In this document: in pieces, positions 28,422 to 42,020 of the stretch
Position numbering within the stretch: the stretch's first letter is position 1
Layout of the letters: each line of letters starts with the position of its first letter
NCBI GenBank assembly: GCA_951406725.2
Contig: OX597818.1
Location: 60,512,001 to 60,576,000 of the forward strand
DNA length: 64,000 nt
Direction of reading: 5' to 3'
Origin: Octopus vulgaris
Taxonomy: Eukaryota
Program-made: the position numbers and the translations under genes
Notes under the pieces: model-generated
Told to the model about the DNA's origin: nothing
The model's input: the letters and a program-made list of their open reading frames with translations, nothing else
Database searches by the model: none

Positions 28422-28511
28422 CATGGTCAAAATGAGCTCTGATTGGCTGTATGCAAATGAGTTCATTACTGGGGTCCAGAACTCTCGTGGGGAAAAAAAT
28501 CGCGACCCGAA
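28422..28511 (-). repeat. Inverted partial copy of the 152-bp unit
   Basis: CTCTGATTGGCTGTATGCAAATGAGTTCATTACTGGGGTCCAGAACTCTCGTGGG is the reverse complement of the unit. Confidence 0.9.
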
Positions 28512-29382
28512 CATTATGAAGCACACTTCACCACTTGGCCAATTAAATAAATGTGCATCCGTATGAATATGTATGTGTGTGAGAGAGAGAGAGAGAGAAA
28601 GAGAGAGAGACAGAGAAAATGTGCGTGTGTATATCTTAGTTTGTATGCATGTAAGCACATGCGCGCGCGTGTGCGTGTATACATATTTGTTTATTGCTTA
28701 GAGCCATTTCTCCAGTGATAGAATTGGTATCCAACCAAAGACATTAATTTTGGCCATACCTGCAAACATTTGGATACTACATCACATGACAAGTCTTCCT
28801 CTATAAAGATGGCAAACCGTGATTTCATGGATATTTTACTTGTATTTCTAGCAGTCTTAACGGCCTTGTAAATGTTCCTTTACAGGCCGTGTATGTTTGA
28901 TGACGGGGCAAAATCGGTTTGCAATAAACTTGCTAACAATGACAGCAACCGTAAGTAATACTACCACCATAGTGGTAGGAACACCTGAGTTGACAGTTAT
29001 GGCGGGAGAGGAAACGGTGGAAACAGCAAATATAGCCACGGAGTGTCTTATCCTTATGACAGATAAACTCTTTCCTCACCTGTGTTTCAAATTTGATGCT
29101 GACCTAAAATTCACCTTCAGCACCTGCTTCATTCTCATTTTCTCCTTGACGACCGCGAGTGCGAATTCTCGACATTTATTATTTTACGTTCACCGAGCTT
29201 CGCTTTCTTGCCCTTAAACACTACAGTGGCATCAACAAAGCATTGACACAAAGCCTCAACAAGATTAGTTCTCATTTCAGTTATGACAATGACACCTTCA
29301 GAAACGACAACTCTACCCACTAAAAACCGGAGGACAGGTTGTCTGCTATAGCTAAGAACGGACTTTGTGATATAAAGGCGGT

Positions 29383-30168
29383 AAAGGTGGTGAGTTGGCA
29401 GAATCGTTAGCACGCCAGCTGAAACGCTTAGCGGTATTTCGCCTGCTGCTACGTTCTGAGTTCAAATTCCGCCGATGTCGACTTTGCCTTTCATCCTTTC
29501 GGGGTCGATTAAATAAGTACCAGTTACGCACTGGGGTCGATATAATCGACTTAATCCGTTTGTCTATCCTTGTTTGTCCTCTCTGTGTTTAGCCCCTTGT
29601 GGGTTATAAAGAAATAGGTATTTCGCCTGCTGCTACGTTCTGAGTTCAAATTCCGCCGAGGTCGACTTTGCCTTTCCTCCTTTCGGGGTCGATAAATTAA
29701 GTACTAGTTACGCACTGGGGCCGATATAATCGACTTAATCCGTTTGTCTATCCTTGTGTGTCCTCTCTGTGTGTAACCCCTTGTGGGCAGCAAAGAAATA
29801 GGTATTTCGCCTGCTGCTACGTTCTGAGTTCAAATTCCGCCGAGGTCGACTTTGCCTTTCATCCTTTCGGGGTCGATAAATTAAGTACTAGTTACGCACT
29901 GGGGCCGATATAATCGACTTAATCCGTTTGTCTATCCTTGTTTGTCCTCTCTGTGTGTAGCCCCTTGTGGGCAGCAAAGAAATAGGTATTTCGCCTGCTG
30001 CTACGTTCTGAGTTCAAATTCCGCCGAGGTCGACTTTGCCTTTCCTCCTTTCGGGGTCGATTAAATAAGTACCAGTTACGCACTGGGGTCGATATAATCG
30101 ACTTAATCAGTTTGTTGGTCCTTGTTTGTCCCCTCTGTGTTTAGCCCCTTGTGGGTAGTAAAGAAATA
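29383..30168 (+). mobile_element. SINE family B: one head plus four 184-bp units, 14-bp TSD
   Basis: GGTATTTCGCC at 29433, 29617, 29801 and 29985. GATATAAAGGCGGT at 29369-29382 and 30169-30182. Confidence 0.95.
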
Positions 30169-30263
30169 GATATAAAGGCGGTTTGGTCACGGCTGTAATG
30201 TCTTAAATTGTAAGTCCGCTAGATCAGAACTGAGCCGGAGTTTAACAAAACAAGAACAGGAAG

Positions 30264-30555
30264 ACAAAGACAATTGCAGCGTGGAAGGTGTTTATAAGCC
30301 ATTTAAATCACACACAAAAACAGATAGATTCACTTCAACATTTAAATTTAGTTTGTCAAAATATTTTCGTCGCTTTGAGACCGCGACCTGTTCAGACAAA
30401 ATTCCGTGCTGCATCCTTTCGTCAGTGAACAGGTCACGGTTTCAAAACGACGAAAATATTTCGACAAATTAAATTTAAATATTGAAGTGAATCTAAGGGT
30501 TTTTTTGTGTTTTTAAATGACTTATAAACACCTTCCATGCTGCAATTGTTTTTGT
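30264..30555. mobile_element. Fold-back element with variant HHRs (family H5)
   Basis: Imperfect arms 30264-30400 and 30417-30555 with a ~16-nt spacer. Confidence 0.85.
30417..30468 (+). ncRNA. Hammerhead-like motif with G3-C8 core
   Basis: GTCA-GTGAACA-G-GTC..GAC-GAA-AATATT-T-CGACAAA. The left arm supplies a perfect GTCGC/GCGAC helix II and TGACAAA. Confidence 0.55.
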
Positions 30556-31580
30556 TTCAGCACACAATCTCAGATCAAGTCACTTGCTATGCAAGTACAT
30601 CTACGTAATAACATGAATAAAAGCAATATATAAATGCTTGAACTGGTACTTTTTGGTTATCTCACCCCCATTAAAAAATTGCCATTAAAAACCGGGTTAT
30701 CTCCTCACTAAAAAATCGAGTTAATGTGGTGGCAAGAGATTAGATTAAACGAGTTAGATCCCTTTTCATTCAATATTTCAATACGTTGTTGATGTTTGGC
30801 CCCCTCAATAGCCATGGTATGATTTGTTTTTAAATGTTATCAAGTTCAAATAAGATGTTTAATTTTTTCAGTTGTCATTTATATTGATCGTTTCAGTTTT
30901 GTATCACAGGCCGGGGTAAGTTGACACACTGTGTCAACGTGCCCCTGATTACATGTGTCAGCTTGCCCCGACCCCATTTCCCACGTAAATGTAAACACTG
31001 AGAGAAAACCCACTAGGGTTTCGCAAGAATCCATTTGTATAGGGTCGTGAGAGATATTTTTTCTAACTCCTTAAGGTTTAATACACATAATGCAGTTTTA
31101 AACAATATCCAAAATAACTAATTATCAAAAATGTCGAAAATAACTTACCAAGTGAAAAATTTGGGTTCTTTGCTGAGATTTTTCTTGAGAATACATTCTT
31201 CGTGGTAATGGCGATTTGATGTCTATGTTTAGCATATAGGCTGTCCATTTTTAGTGGTCAGTCATCTAAATTTTGTATGTAACTCAATTTTTAATCTTCG
31301 GATTTTTAAAAAATATGCGAAGCCACTGGTCTTAATTGATTAATATCAATTTCTACCATTATTTTCCTTCACAGCCACCCTCAGTATGTACATCCTCTAT
31401 CTCTAAGCAGTCTTCTCTAAGCATCTTACATAGCATTATTCACAACTTAGGCTCATGAAGCCCGCAACACTGCCTCGTCTTCCATCACACATGAGGTCTG
31501 TTCAAGTTATTACACGATGTAGAGTCACTAATAGATAACGTATCAGATTTCATTCCGCAGTGACCCACGTTTATAGTATA

Positions 31581-31976
31581 CTAGCAGTATCGCCCGGCGT
31601 TGCTCGGGTTTGTAAGGAAAATAACTATATAAGCAATTTTAGAGAGTTATAGCCAAAAAATAGCAAAAAATGCATTAAAAATGGAAAAAAAATTATGGTA
31701 ATTTTTTTTTAAATCGTTGACTCATCTTAGACATTTTTAGAGAGTTACTTCCCTTATAAAATAGCGAAAAGATGCATTAAAATGGAAAAAAATGATGGTA
31801 AATTTTTTTTTTAATCGTAGACTCATCGTAGACGTGCGCTAATACCCAGAAGGGCTCGATATGAATCACGACTATAAGATACCCGGTTTTGGTTAAACTG
31901 CACCGCAAAATGTGAGAGTAGTTAGGAATCTAAATCGTAGGAGACAGACACACAACTTCACTTTTATATATAAAGA
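31581..31976 (-). mobile_element. Non-autonomous Helitron with internal duplication
   Basis: TC...hairpin-CTAG ends, A|T target, duplicated AATGCATTAAAA..GACTCATC block. Confidence 0.85.
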
Positions 31977-31996
31977 TAATTAAAATAGCTGATCTC

Positions 31997-32322
31997 TAGG
32001 TTAGTCAAAATATTTTTGGGACATATTTTAACTTCTGATGGTAAATTCACTCTAGTCACCTTGGAGAAAAATTTTTCTCTGATGGCAAAAGGTGTAAAAA
32101 CACTATCTGCCCAGTGCTTACATCCAGCGGACCCTCAGACGCGCTTTTCTAGCTCTTTAGCCTTCCTCAATGGGAAATACCTTTAGAGAGAAACACCAGG
32201 TAGATATATAGCGTTTTAACACCTTTTACCATAAGAGAGAAATTTTTTTCTCCACAATAAGTGCAGCAGTGAATTTGCCTTTAGAAGTTAAAATATGTCA
32301 CGAATATATTTTAACTAAGCTA
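31997..32322. mobile_element. Degenerate long inverted repeat (MITE-like)
   Basis: GACATATTTTAACTTCT/AGAAGTTAAAATATGTC and AAAAGGTGT/ACACCTTTT lie in mirrored order. Confidence 0.6.
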
Positions 32323-32840
32323 AAGTCCATTTATTCCTAATCAATGTTTGGCGTTAATGCTGCTATTTTCAATTGAAATAGCATTTTACCTGGTTTTCAT
32401 TCTTACAGCCAGATAATACTCCTACATTAAACATTCGCTAACTTAATACTAAACTTTGAAATACTTTATAATACCATTCCCATTCGCTGTTCTGAGTTGT
32501 TGCATTATCCTGAACCATGCGCATATTTCAATCCACTCTTAAAAGGACTCTGACAGATTGATGAGTAAACAATAGCTAGTTCCTTAATTAAACTACAGCC
32601 ATTCTCACGGCCTCCTCCGCAACGGTAATCCCAGCTTCCCTGCTTACTCTCGACCTCCTCTTCCTTAACCCACATCTTACATTCAACTTTCTACTACCTC
32701 CCACCACCCTTATTATGCTTCGTCGCTACCTTATCCAGCTCTAAACTGAACCACTTCACAAGTCTTTCTCTCGAGAATTCCATATTTCTGAACGCTACTT
32801 TCTGGCTTTCTTCGCTGGTCGCAGCCGAAATAATATTAAT

Positions 32841-32842
<2 letters not shown>

Positions 32843-32906
<64 letters not shown>

Positions 32907-32989
32907 ACGAAACTCAATGGTAAAGTGGACTATACAATGGATACGATGTCGTTTAAAGCTCTTGGCCATCTTTGTCTTCTAGAAGAGGG

Positions 32990-33047
<58 letters not shown>

Positions 33048-33815
33048 AAGTAGTAGTAGCAGCAGCAGTAGTAGTAGTAGTACCACCACCACCGCCACCA
33101 CTAAATCCACCAATCACCACCACTACCACCACATCCACCAACCACAACCACCACTACCACCACCACCACCACCACTACCACCACCACCATCACCACGACC
33201 ACCACTACCACCAACACCACCACAACCACCGACCACCGCCACTACCATCACCACCATCACTACTACTACCACCACCACCACCACCACCACTACCACCACC
33301 ACCACCACCACCACCACCACCACACCACCACCACTACCACCACCACTACCACCACCACCACCACTACCACCACTACCACTACAACCACCACCCACCACCA
33401 CCACCACTACTATGAGGAAATGCTGTAACAGTGCGTAACTGTTAGTTGGTGACTCCTCGCTACCCCTGACGGATGACATCGTGCACCACACAGGTGACAA
33501 CCCTCCGTGGGTCTGTTTCGGGTAGTTGTTGGTGGTGGTGAAGGTCTTACGAGGTCGGAGTGCAAATCCTGTTTTATCCGCTTTCCAGGAAGAGGGAAGT
33601 AGAGGCTATCATCTTTGCCCAAGTGCTCCTAATATGAGGGTGAAGTTGTTGTAAATTGTTTCCAACTTGGGCCAAATGTCAGTTTAGTTGGTATCGATCC
33701 TATCCAAGAGGTATCGGCCGTTTGATTGACGCCTCTACAAAGACATCGACGTGGTCATTGATCTGCTATAAATAACAGCAAACTCATACAGGTACCACGT
33801 TAAGAAGGAAAGAAA

Positions 33816-33888
<73 letters not shown>

Positions 33889-34225
33889 GAAAGAAGACGG
33901 AAGGAAGGGAAGAAAGAAAGGAAGAAAGAAAGAAAGGAAGAAAGGAAGGAAGGAAGGAAGGAAGGAAGGAAGGAAGGAAGGAAGGAAGGAAGAATGATAG
34001 GATAGAAGAAAGGAAGAAAAGGAGAAGGAAAAGAAGAAAGAAAGAAACAAGGAAAGAAAGGAAGGAAGGAAGGAAGGAAGGAAGGGAAGAAAGAAAGAAA
34101 GGAATGAAGGAAGGAGGAAAGGAAGGAATAAAGAAAGAGAGAAAGAAAGAAAGAAAGAAAGAATGAAAAAAAGAAAGAAAGAAAGAAAAAGAAGAAAGAA
34201 AGAAAGAAAGAAAGAAAGAAGAGAC
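32843..34225. repeat. (GA)n, (AGT)n, (ACC)n and (GAAA/GGAA)n microsatellites around a unique ~390-bp island
   Basis: Direct inspection. Confidence 0.9.
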
Positions 34226-36088
34226 AGAATGTAGAATGTAGTCTCATGGATACGATATTAATATTTTTACGAAAAACCAGAACTGGTTTTGTCATGGCTG
34301 ATACATTGTTGACTATGATTCTGCTGGATGTGAACTGAGCGGATTCTAAACAAGAAAAATAATAGCAGGCCTTACATAATAGCAGCCACATTTTCAAAGC
34401 ATGCTCTACTGTGCGAAAATTGAAGGACACATTCACTAATGTAGCCCTAGGCACACTGTGAAACAAAAGACAATGTTTCCTGATCGAATGCTTTTGATCA
34501 TAGATCTGCTCAATCAGGGATGGCCTGGGACAAGCCAACTGCAACAACAAAAGCGTTACATTAATAGGAACAGAGGTCTGAGGTTCTTCCCTCGAAGAAG
34601 GACATGTATAATTAAATCTCGGGAGTTTGTTCAAATGAACTTAATGCTTCACATACAAAGCGTGCACTAAAAAGTTATTATTCAATAAATTAACAAGTTT
34701 TACGAAATGGAGAAATATATTTTAATTTTAATTCTTTCATTCATATGATATTAATTTGGTTATTTTGGAAAACTTTAAACGCAGGACTTGAAGTAATACA
34801 ATTATTTTATAGAATTATTGAAAAATGCTATAACGACTTAACACGAGAAGAAACAATGCAACGATAGCGATTAACCAAAGCACTTAGAGAAATACATGGT
34901 TCATATGACCCTAAAAATATCATTTAAGCAAGACTTGATTATTTAGAATCCACCCGGGGAAAATTCTTTACTTCACGTGTAATTAATTGCAGCAAAATAT
35001 TGTGTATGGTCGAAATCTACTGGAATGGAAGGAATAATCTGCACAGGCTTCGTTTGGGGATGTCATAAACGCTATTTACAGAACTGGAACTCGTACGGCC
35101 AATTACATTTGAATTTTACACTTCTTGTAATATTTATGATAGATTTGTATTTTTTTGTTTTGTTCGCGTGAAGGTCGACCAGTCGGTGAAGGTTTGTGTA
35201 AGGACAGTTTTTTATTTTGTCAAATTTTTTCTTTATAATTTGTAATAGCTTCTGCTATAAATGGATCTGTGTGTTGATCATGTTTAGTTTTGTTGGCACG
35301 TAAAGTTGCCATTATATTTACACCATTTTTATAAAACAACTCGAAATACTTCAGGTCCTGTATCAAACGTCATTCTAAAACGATGAAATTAATATTTTAA
35401 ATGGATGACGAAATATAAACCCACATTATATAGGCATAAGAGGACAACATTTCGTCACTTTCCCTCTGATTATTAGCTTACTACGATGATTACGACTGTT
35501 CGCAGCACATCCTGTATATTAAGTGAAGATGAGAAGTAAGATTGTGTGATATTTATGGCTTTCTCAAAGACATTAGGCGTCTAGAGGAAGTGAAATGGCT
35601 ATAACCAAGAATCAAGTTTCAAGTAATGGACTCCTTATTCAAAGCTTCAAACTCTATTTGAAAACTCTTTCTACATGATATGGAAAGGTATCGATTTGTT
35701 TAGTCAAGTTTTGGAGTGAATTCTTATCAGGAATCAATCTCATTGTCTTACTATTAGTTATTTTATCCTCACTTATGGATTCTTCGTCGATCTCAACGAG
35801 GAGCAGTCCGCTGCTGTTCGATCAACTGAAATTCATACTTGGGAAATAAATTATAAGCAATTAAATATTCCCCAGATACGTGTAACGTTAATGAGATGCT
35901 TGGGTCGAATCAGTGTAATACGATGGGAAATTATAAGATTTATGTATTAGAGGTACATTTGAGAAAAAGTAAGACGACATAGCACACTTGGTTGGATTGG
36001 TAGGGATGAAGATGAGAAGAAATAAAATAAAATAAAAAATGGATAAGTTACAATAAAGTGGAGAAATGAAATAAAATAAAATAAAGCA

Positions 36089-36487
36089 AGGCTGTGTGGT
36101 AAGTAGCTTGCTAACCAACCACATGGTTCCGGGTTCAGTCCCACTGCGTGGCATCTTGGGCAAGTGTCTTCTGCTATAGCCCCGGGCCGACCAATGCCTT
36201 GTGAGTGGATTTGGTAGACGGAAACTGAAAGAAGCCTGTCGTATATATGTATGTATATATATATGTGTGTGTGTTTGTGTGTCTGTGTTTGTCCCCCTAG
36301 CATTGCTTGACAACCGATGCTGGTGTGTTTACGTCCCCGTCACCTAGCGGTTCGGCAAAAGAGACCGATAGAATAAGTACTGAGCTTACAAAGAATAAGT
36401 CCTGGGGTCGATTTGCTCGACTAAAGGTGGTGCTCCAGCATGGCCGCAGTCAAATGACTGAAACAAGTAAAAGAGTAAAAGAGAGAG
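36089..36487 (+). mobile_element. SINE family C
   Basis: Near-identical to 49373-49840. Confidence 0.9.
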
Positions 36488-37499
36488 TAATCTCGAATAC
36501 AATAAAGGCAGAAGAGTAGAAGATTAAATTTCCTGTTAAAGGTCGGTGGATGTATTTTCTTTTTATAATATTACGGTTATAAAAAAGCCTAAAGGTTCGC
36601 AGATATAAAAGTTTCAAAAGTTTCAAAATTTTTTTTAAAGTCTTGAAAGTTTTTAATCGAGAAAATAATTGACAAAGATACTGATCTGGTACTTTATTTA
36701 TCGACCAAGAAATTGTGAACGGCAAAGGTGACCTTAGTCAAATTTGAAATCACATCTGAATACAGAGACGGATCGTATGACGCAAGTCTTTCTATTCAAG
36801 ACTTGAATGGCTTTGTCAATCTCTCGCGTCTTTGTCATCGATATCAAATGGAGTGAAGTCACGTGGCTTAGTTGTTAGGGTTTTCTGTTCTCGATCGTGA
36901 GGTCGTTAGTTCGATTTCAGGCGGCGTGTTGACTCCTTAAGCAAGATATTTTACCTCAGGAAGCCAACTATTAATTCGATCCAGGAACTATGTATTTACG
37001 AAGCAGGCGTTTTTACCCCAGCATCTAAGCTTAACACGTTTTTATTGCTAAAACCGAACTCGAATTAATTTTCTGAAATACAGAAATAATCAACCACTAA
37101 AACAGAATTGTATGTGTAATATCATGTATTTGGGAAGTACATTTCTTTCTATGTCACCTCGGTTCATGTCAGAGAGCGTTGCACTGAGAATCAGGTTTCT
37201 TGTTCACTGCGAAAGCCATATCTCACCTGGATAATACTTTAGGAAATAAGCTAAACCTAAAATCCACTATGATGTACCGCAACAACCACTGTAGCTTTAT
37301 ATCTCACATGAAATTGAACTCCTGACTGAGGAACATGAACGTAAATACCGTACAGCTTTTCTCTCTTTCTTCCTTTTTTTCTTTTGTCAAGCCATCGAGC
37401 ACATAAGGCTGGTTACCTGATTTCCATGGCGTACAATTAACCGGTATCCCGATATTCGCTCCCAACGGGATGCCGATCCGTTGCAGAGGTCATAGTAAA

Positions 37500-37865
37500 T
37501 ATTTTGAGAGAAGGGCATTTGACTAGTATTCTATTTCATTGGCCCCGAATGGATAAAAGGCATAGCTGACCTCAGCGATATTTGAACTCATAACATAAAG
37601 GACCAGAAAAAATACTGGTAAGAATTTTGTCCGATATGCTAGCGATTCTTATTTCTTTATTGCCCACAAGTCGATTACATCGACCCCAGTGCATAACTGT
37701 TACTTAATTTATCGACCCCGAAAGGATGAAAGGCAAAGTCAACCTCGGCGGAATTTGAACTCAGAACGTAACGGCAGACGAAATACCGCTACGCATTTCG
37801 CCCTGCGTGCTAACGTTTCTGCCAGCTCGCCGCCTTATGCTAGCGATTCTGCCAGCTCGCCGCCT
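37500..37865 (-). mobile_element. Young family B SINE (37650-37835) nested in an older family B copy
   Basis: 15-bp TSD TATGCTAGCGATTCT at 37635-37649 and 37836-37850. Confidence 0.85.
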
Positions 37866-38437
37866 TGTCCTCTGTTTCTACTTAAATAACCAAGTCATTT
37901 CCATCATACGTTGACGTAAACATTTTATTACGTAACCATTTTATGACGTAAACATTTTATGATGTAAAAAAATGCGATTTAAGTTGAAAGCTATTCTGAA
38001 GATAATGTGAAAAGTTGCGTCTGTATGTTTCTGTTCGGCAGTGTATGTGCATGCACGAACGATTGTAAGTATGTATGAATGAGTATTTACCAGTGAGTGT
38101 TTTATTGTATATATGCAACTTTCGTGCATTTCTGTGTGTCTGTGTTTACGTTTGCAATCTCATGATTGACAAGAAAATGTTTGTTTATATATTTAATACA
38201 AGTGCATGCGTTCGCACTTGTACGCGCCAACGCACAACTGATGTCTATTTAGATTTAGTTTTCTTGCGTGCAATCAGTTTTCTTAATCTCCTTTTAAATG
38301 CACTTGGAATGCAGTCACCAACAGACACACATAGGCACAGAAATTCTTCACGTTTACACAGACACAGTTAATAAGTCCGTTATGTAATCAGTTGGTACCA
38401 CATTCGATTGCACTTCAACGTATCTTGGAAGTCCACT

Positions 38438-38630
38438 CGATAGCCACTACACACATTTTTTTTCTCTCCTTGTTTCTCTCTTTGTTTTTTTTCTGTATCC
38501 CTTTCTGTAGAAGAGCATAGGCTCGAAACGTAAAAGACTTTTTTCAATTCCTGAGCGTTATACTAATACATCTGTTTGTGTTGTACACCACCTGTCTTCG
38601 TCTTTTGTTTTTTTCGTGAACTCTCCCTAT
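38438..38630 (+). mobile_element. HHR-like repeat family H1 copy
   Basis: 38501-38536 reads CTTT-CTGTAGA-A-GAGC(ATAG)GCTC-GAA-ACGT-A-AAAG. Ends in a TA-rich tract. Confidence 0.8.
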
Positions 38631-38960
38631 ATATGTATACATATGTATACACATACATATATATACAAGGTATGAGAGGTATTGATACCTAGAAGACCCA
38701 AAGAGTGGCAGGTAATGCTATGTAAGTGCTAAGGACAGACCGTAGTTAAACACTTGGTTCGACCGTGATACGAATGAGGAATCTAATGTGGGTCCTGTAT
38801 CAGCACGCATTTTTCTCTTTCCCTCTTCTCTCTCTCTCTCTCTCTTTTTTTATTATCATTACGCTTTTATCCTTTTTCTTTTTTCTCTCTTTCTTCCTCT
38901 CATTTACCCTTCCTCTCTTCATTTTGAGTTATCTGCTCATTCTAATCATACACACATTGA

Positions 38961-39348
38961 GGAAGCGCAATGGCCCAGTGGTTAGGGCAGCGGACTCGCG
39001 GTCATAGGATTGCGGTTTCGATTCCCAGACCGGGCGTTGTGAGTGTTTAGTGAGCGAAAACACCTAAAAGCTCCACGAGGCTCCGGCAGGGGATGGTGGT
39101 GATCCCTGCTGTACTCTTTCACCACAACTTTCTCTCGCTCTTACTTCCTGTTTCTGTTGTACCTGTATTTCAAAGGGCCCGGCCTTGTCACTCTCTGTGT
39201 CACGCTGTATATCCCCGAGAACTACGTTAAAGGTGCACGTGTCTGTGGAGTGCTCAGCCACTTACACGTTAATTTCACGAGCAGGCTGTTCCGTTGATTC
39301 GGATCAACCGGAACCCTCGTCGTCGTAACCGACGGAGTGCTTCAAAAA
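38961..39348 (+). mobile_element. SINE family A, full length, 12-bp TSD
   Basis: AATCATACACAC at 38944-38955 and 39349-39360. tRNA-like head with TCG in the anticodon position (tRNA-Arg-like). Confidence 0.9.
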
Positions 39349-39762
39349 AATCATACACACCTCCTCCCCCTCCCTGTCTATCCACAAACACTACAAATAC
39401 ATTCCCAACTTCCATTCCCACCACAAAAACCCTTCGAATGGGCAACACAGAATCCACAGCTCCGTACTTTGAAATAACTAAACATGAACTACTATTGGAA
39501 CTTACCATGTACGGGAAATTTTTTTTTACCACTTCTATAAACCACTTTACTCGAATAATAGAACTGCAGCGACAATATTTTATATGTTATTTCTACTTTC
39601 ATTCTCTTATTTCCCTATCTCTTCCTTTTCCATAATAATGTCCTTCTTTCGAACTCAAACTATTACCTCTCTCACATCGTCTCTGATGAGGGATATCTCT
39701 TTCCTTATAAATGTCCTGCAAACTCCTCACAGCCTTGGCTTTATGTTCTGTTCTTGTCTAAT

Positions 39763-39825
<63 letters not shown>

Positions 39826-39831
<6 letters not shown>

Positions 39832-40204
39832 AAGTAGTTGCTAACCAGCCACATGGTTCCGGGTTCAGTCCACTGCGTGGCATCTTGGGCAAGTGTCTTC
39901 TGCTGTATCCCCGGGCGACCAATGCCTTGTGAGTGGATTTGGCAGACGGAAACTGAAAGAAGCCTGTCGTATATATGTATATATATATGTATGTGTGTGT
40001 GTTTGTGTGTTTGTGTTTGTCCTCTAGCATTGCTTGACAACCGATGCTGGTGTGTTTACGTCCCCGTCACTTAGCGGTTCGGCAAAAGAGACCGATGGAA
40101 TAAGTACTGGGCTTACAAAGAATAAGTCCCGGGGTCGATTTGCTCGACTAAAGGGGGTATATATATATAGTCAAATGACTGAAACAAGTAAATAGAAAAG
40201 AGAG
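39826..40204 (+). mobile_element. SINE family C (5'-truncated)
   Basis: Matches 36089-36487. Confidence 0.85.
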
Positions 40205-40904
40205 AATACACATATACTTATACACACACGCGCGCGTGCACACACACATGGCCGCAGTTAAATGACTGAAACAAGTAAAAAACATTAAAAAGAAAAGAAT
40301 ACACACTCATACACACAATTATATATATATAATATTATCAATATTATATGATTAATGTATGTGTTTTACTTGTTCGCCAGTTCGTTGCGGTAAAGCATCC
40401 CGAGAACGACTCCATTATTAAAACACCTGAAAGTTACAGATAGGCGTAACCACACTCCCCAGATCCCATTCAAAAAGTTGTTGAGTATGTTAGTTTTACT
40501 GTATAGATATTAAATGTTTTATTATATTCAAGTGTCAGAGGCGTAGTTTTACTTAGAGTTTGAAAAAATTGCATAATTGCAATGTTGGTCAAAGCGAATG
40601 ATGTATATCAATATTTCGCCATTTTTGTGGCTTATCAACATCGCGTACATACAAAAGTCGAAGCGGGGACGAAATGAATCGCCTGTTTATGGCCTTATAA
40701 AGTGTGAATACTATTTGCTGGTATGTCACGACGATGCATGCACAAGATTTAATTCAGAAACAATTTAAAAGCAGCGCTAATGTTGCAAATATCATCGATA
40801 ATGCTTACAATACTAGCGCCGTTCTTAATTCGTTACTGAACACACACACACATACACATGTATAAATATCTACAAACATACATATTATGTATGTAAGTAA
40901 ATAT

Positions 40905-42020
<1,116 letters not shown>

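Noticed and set aside
28897-29217. 106-aa non-repetitive ORF
   Set aside because: No recognisable domain, and this length is compatible with chance.
30912-30975. Short inverted repeats GGGGTAAGTTGACACA / TGTGTCAGCTTGCCCC
   Set aside because: Likely a MITE end remnant, but no partner terminus or TSD could be defined.
33735-34634. 299-aa ORF; faint hAT-like motifs at ~34290-34400 on +
   Set aside because: The length comes from the (TTTC)n tract, and the hAT resemblance is too degraded to support.
38961-39035. tRNA-like sequences (also 16041, 25812, 49373, 49965, 53232)
   Set aside because: They are SINE heads continuous with SINE bodies and TSDs, without a complete cloverleaf.
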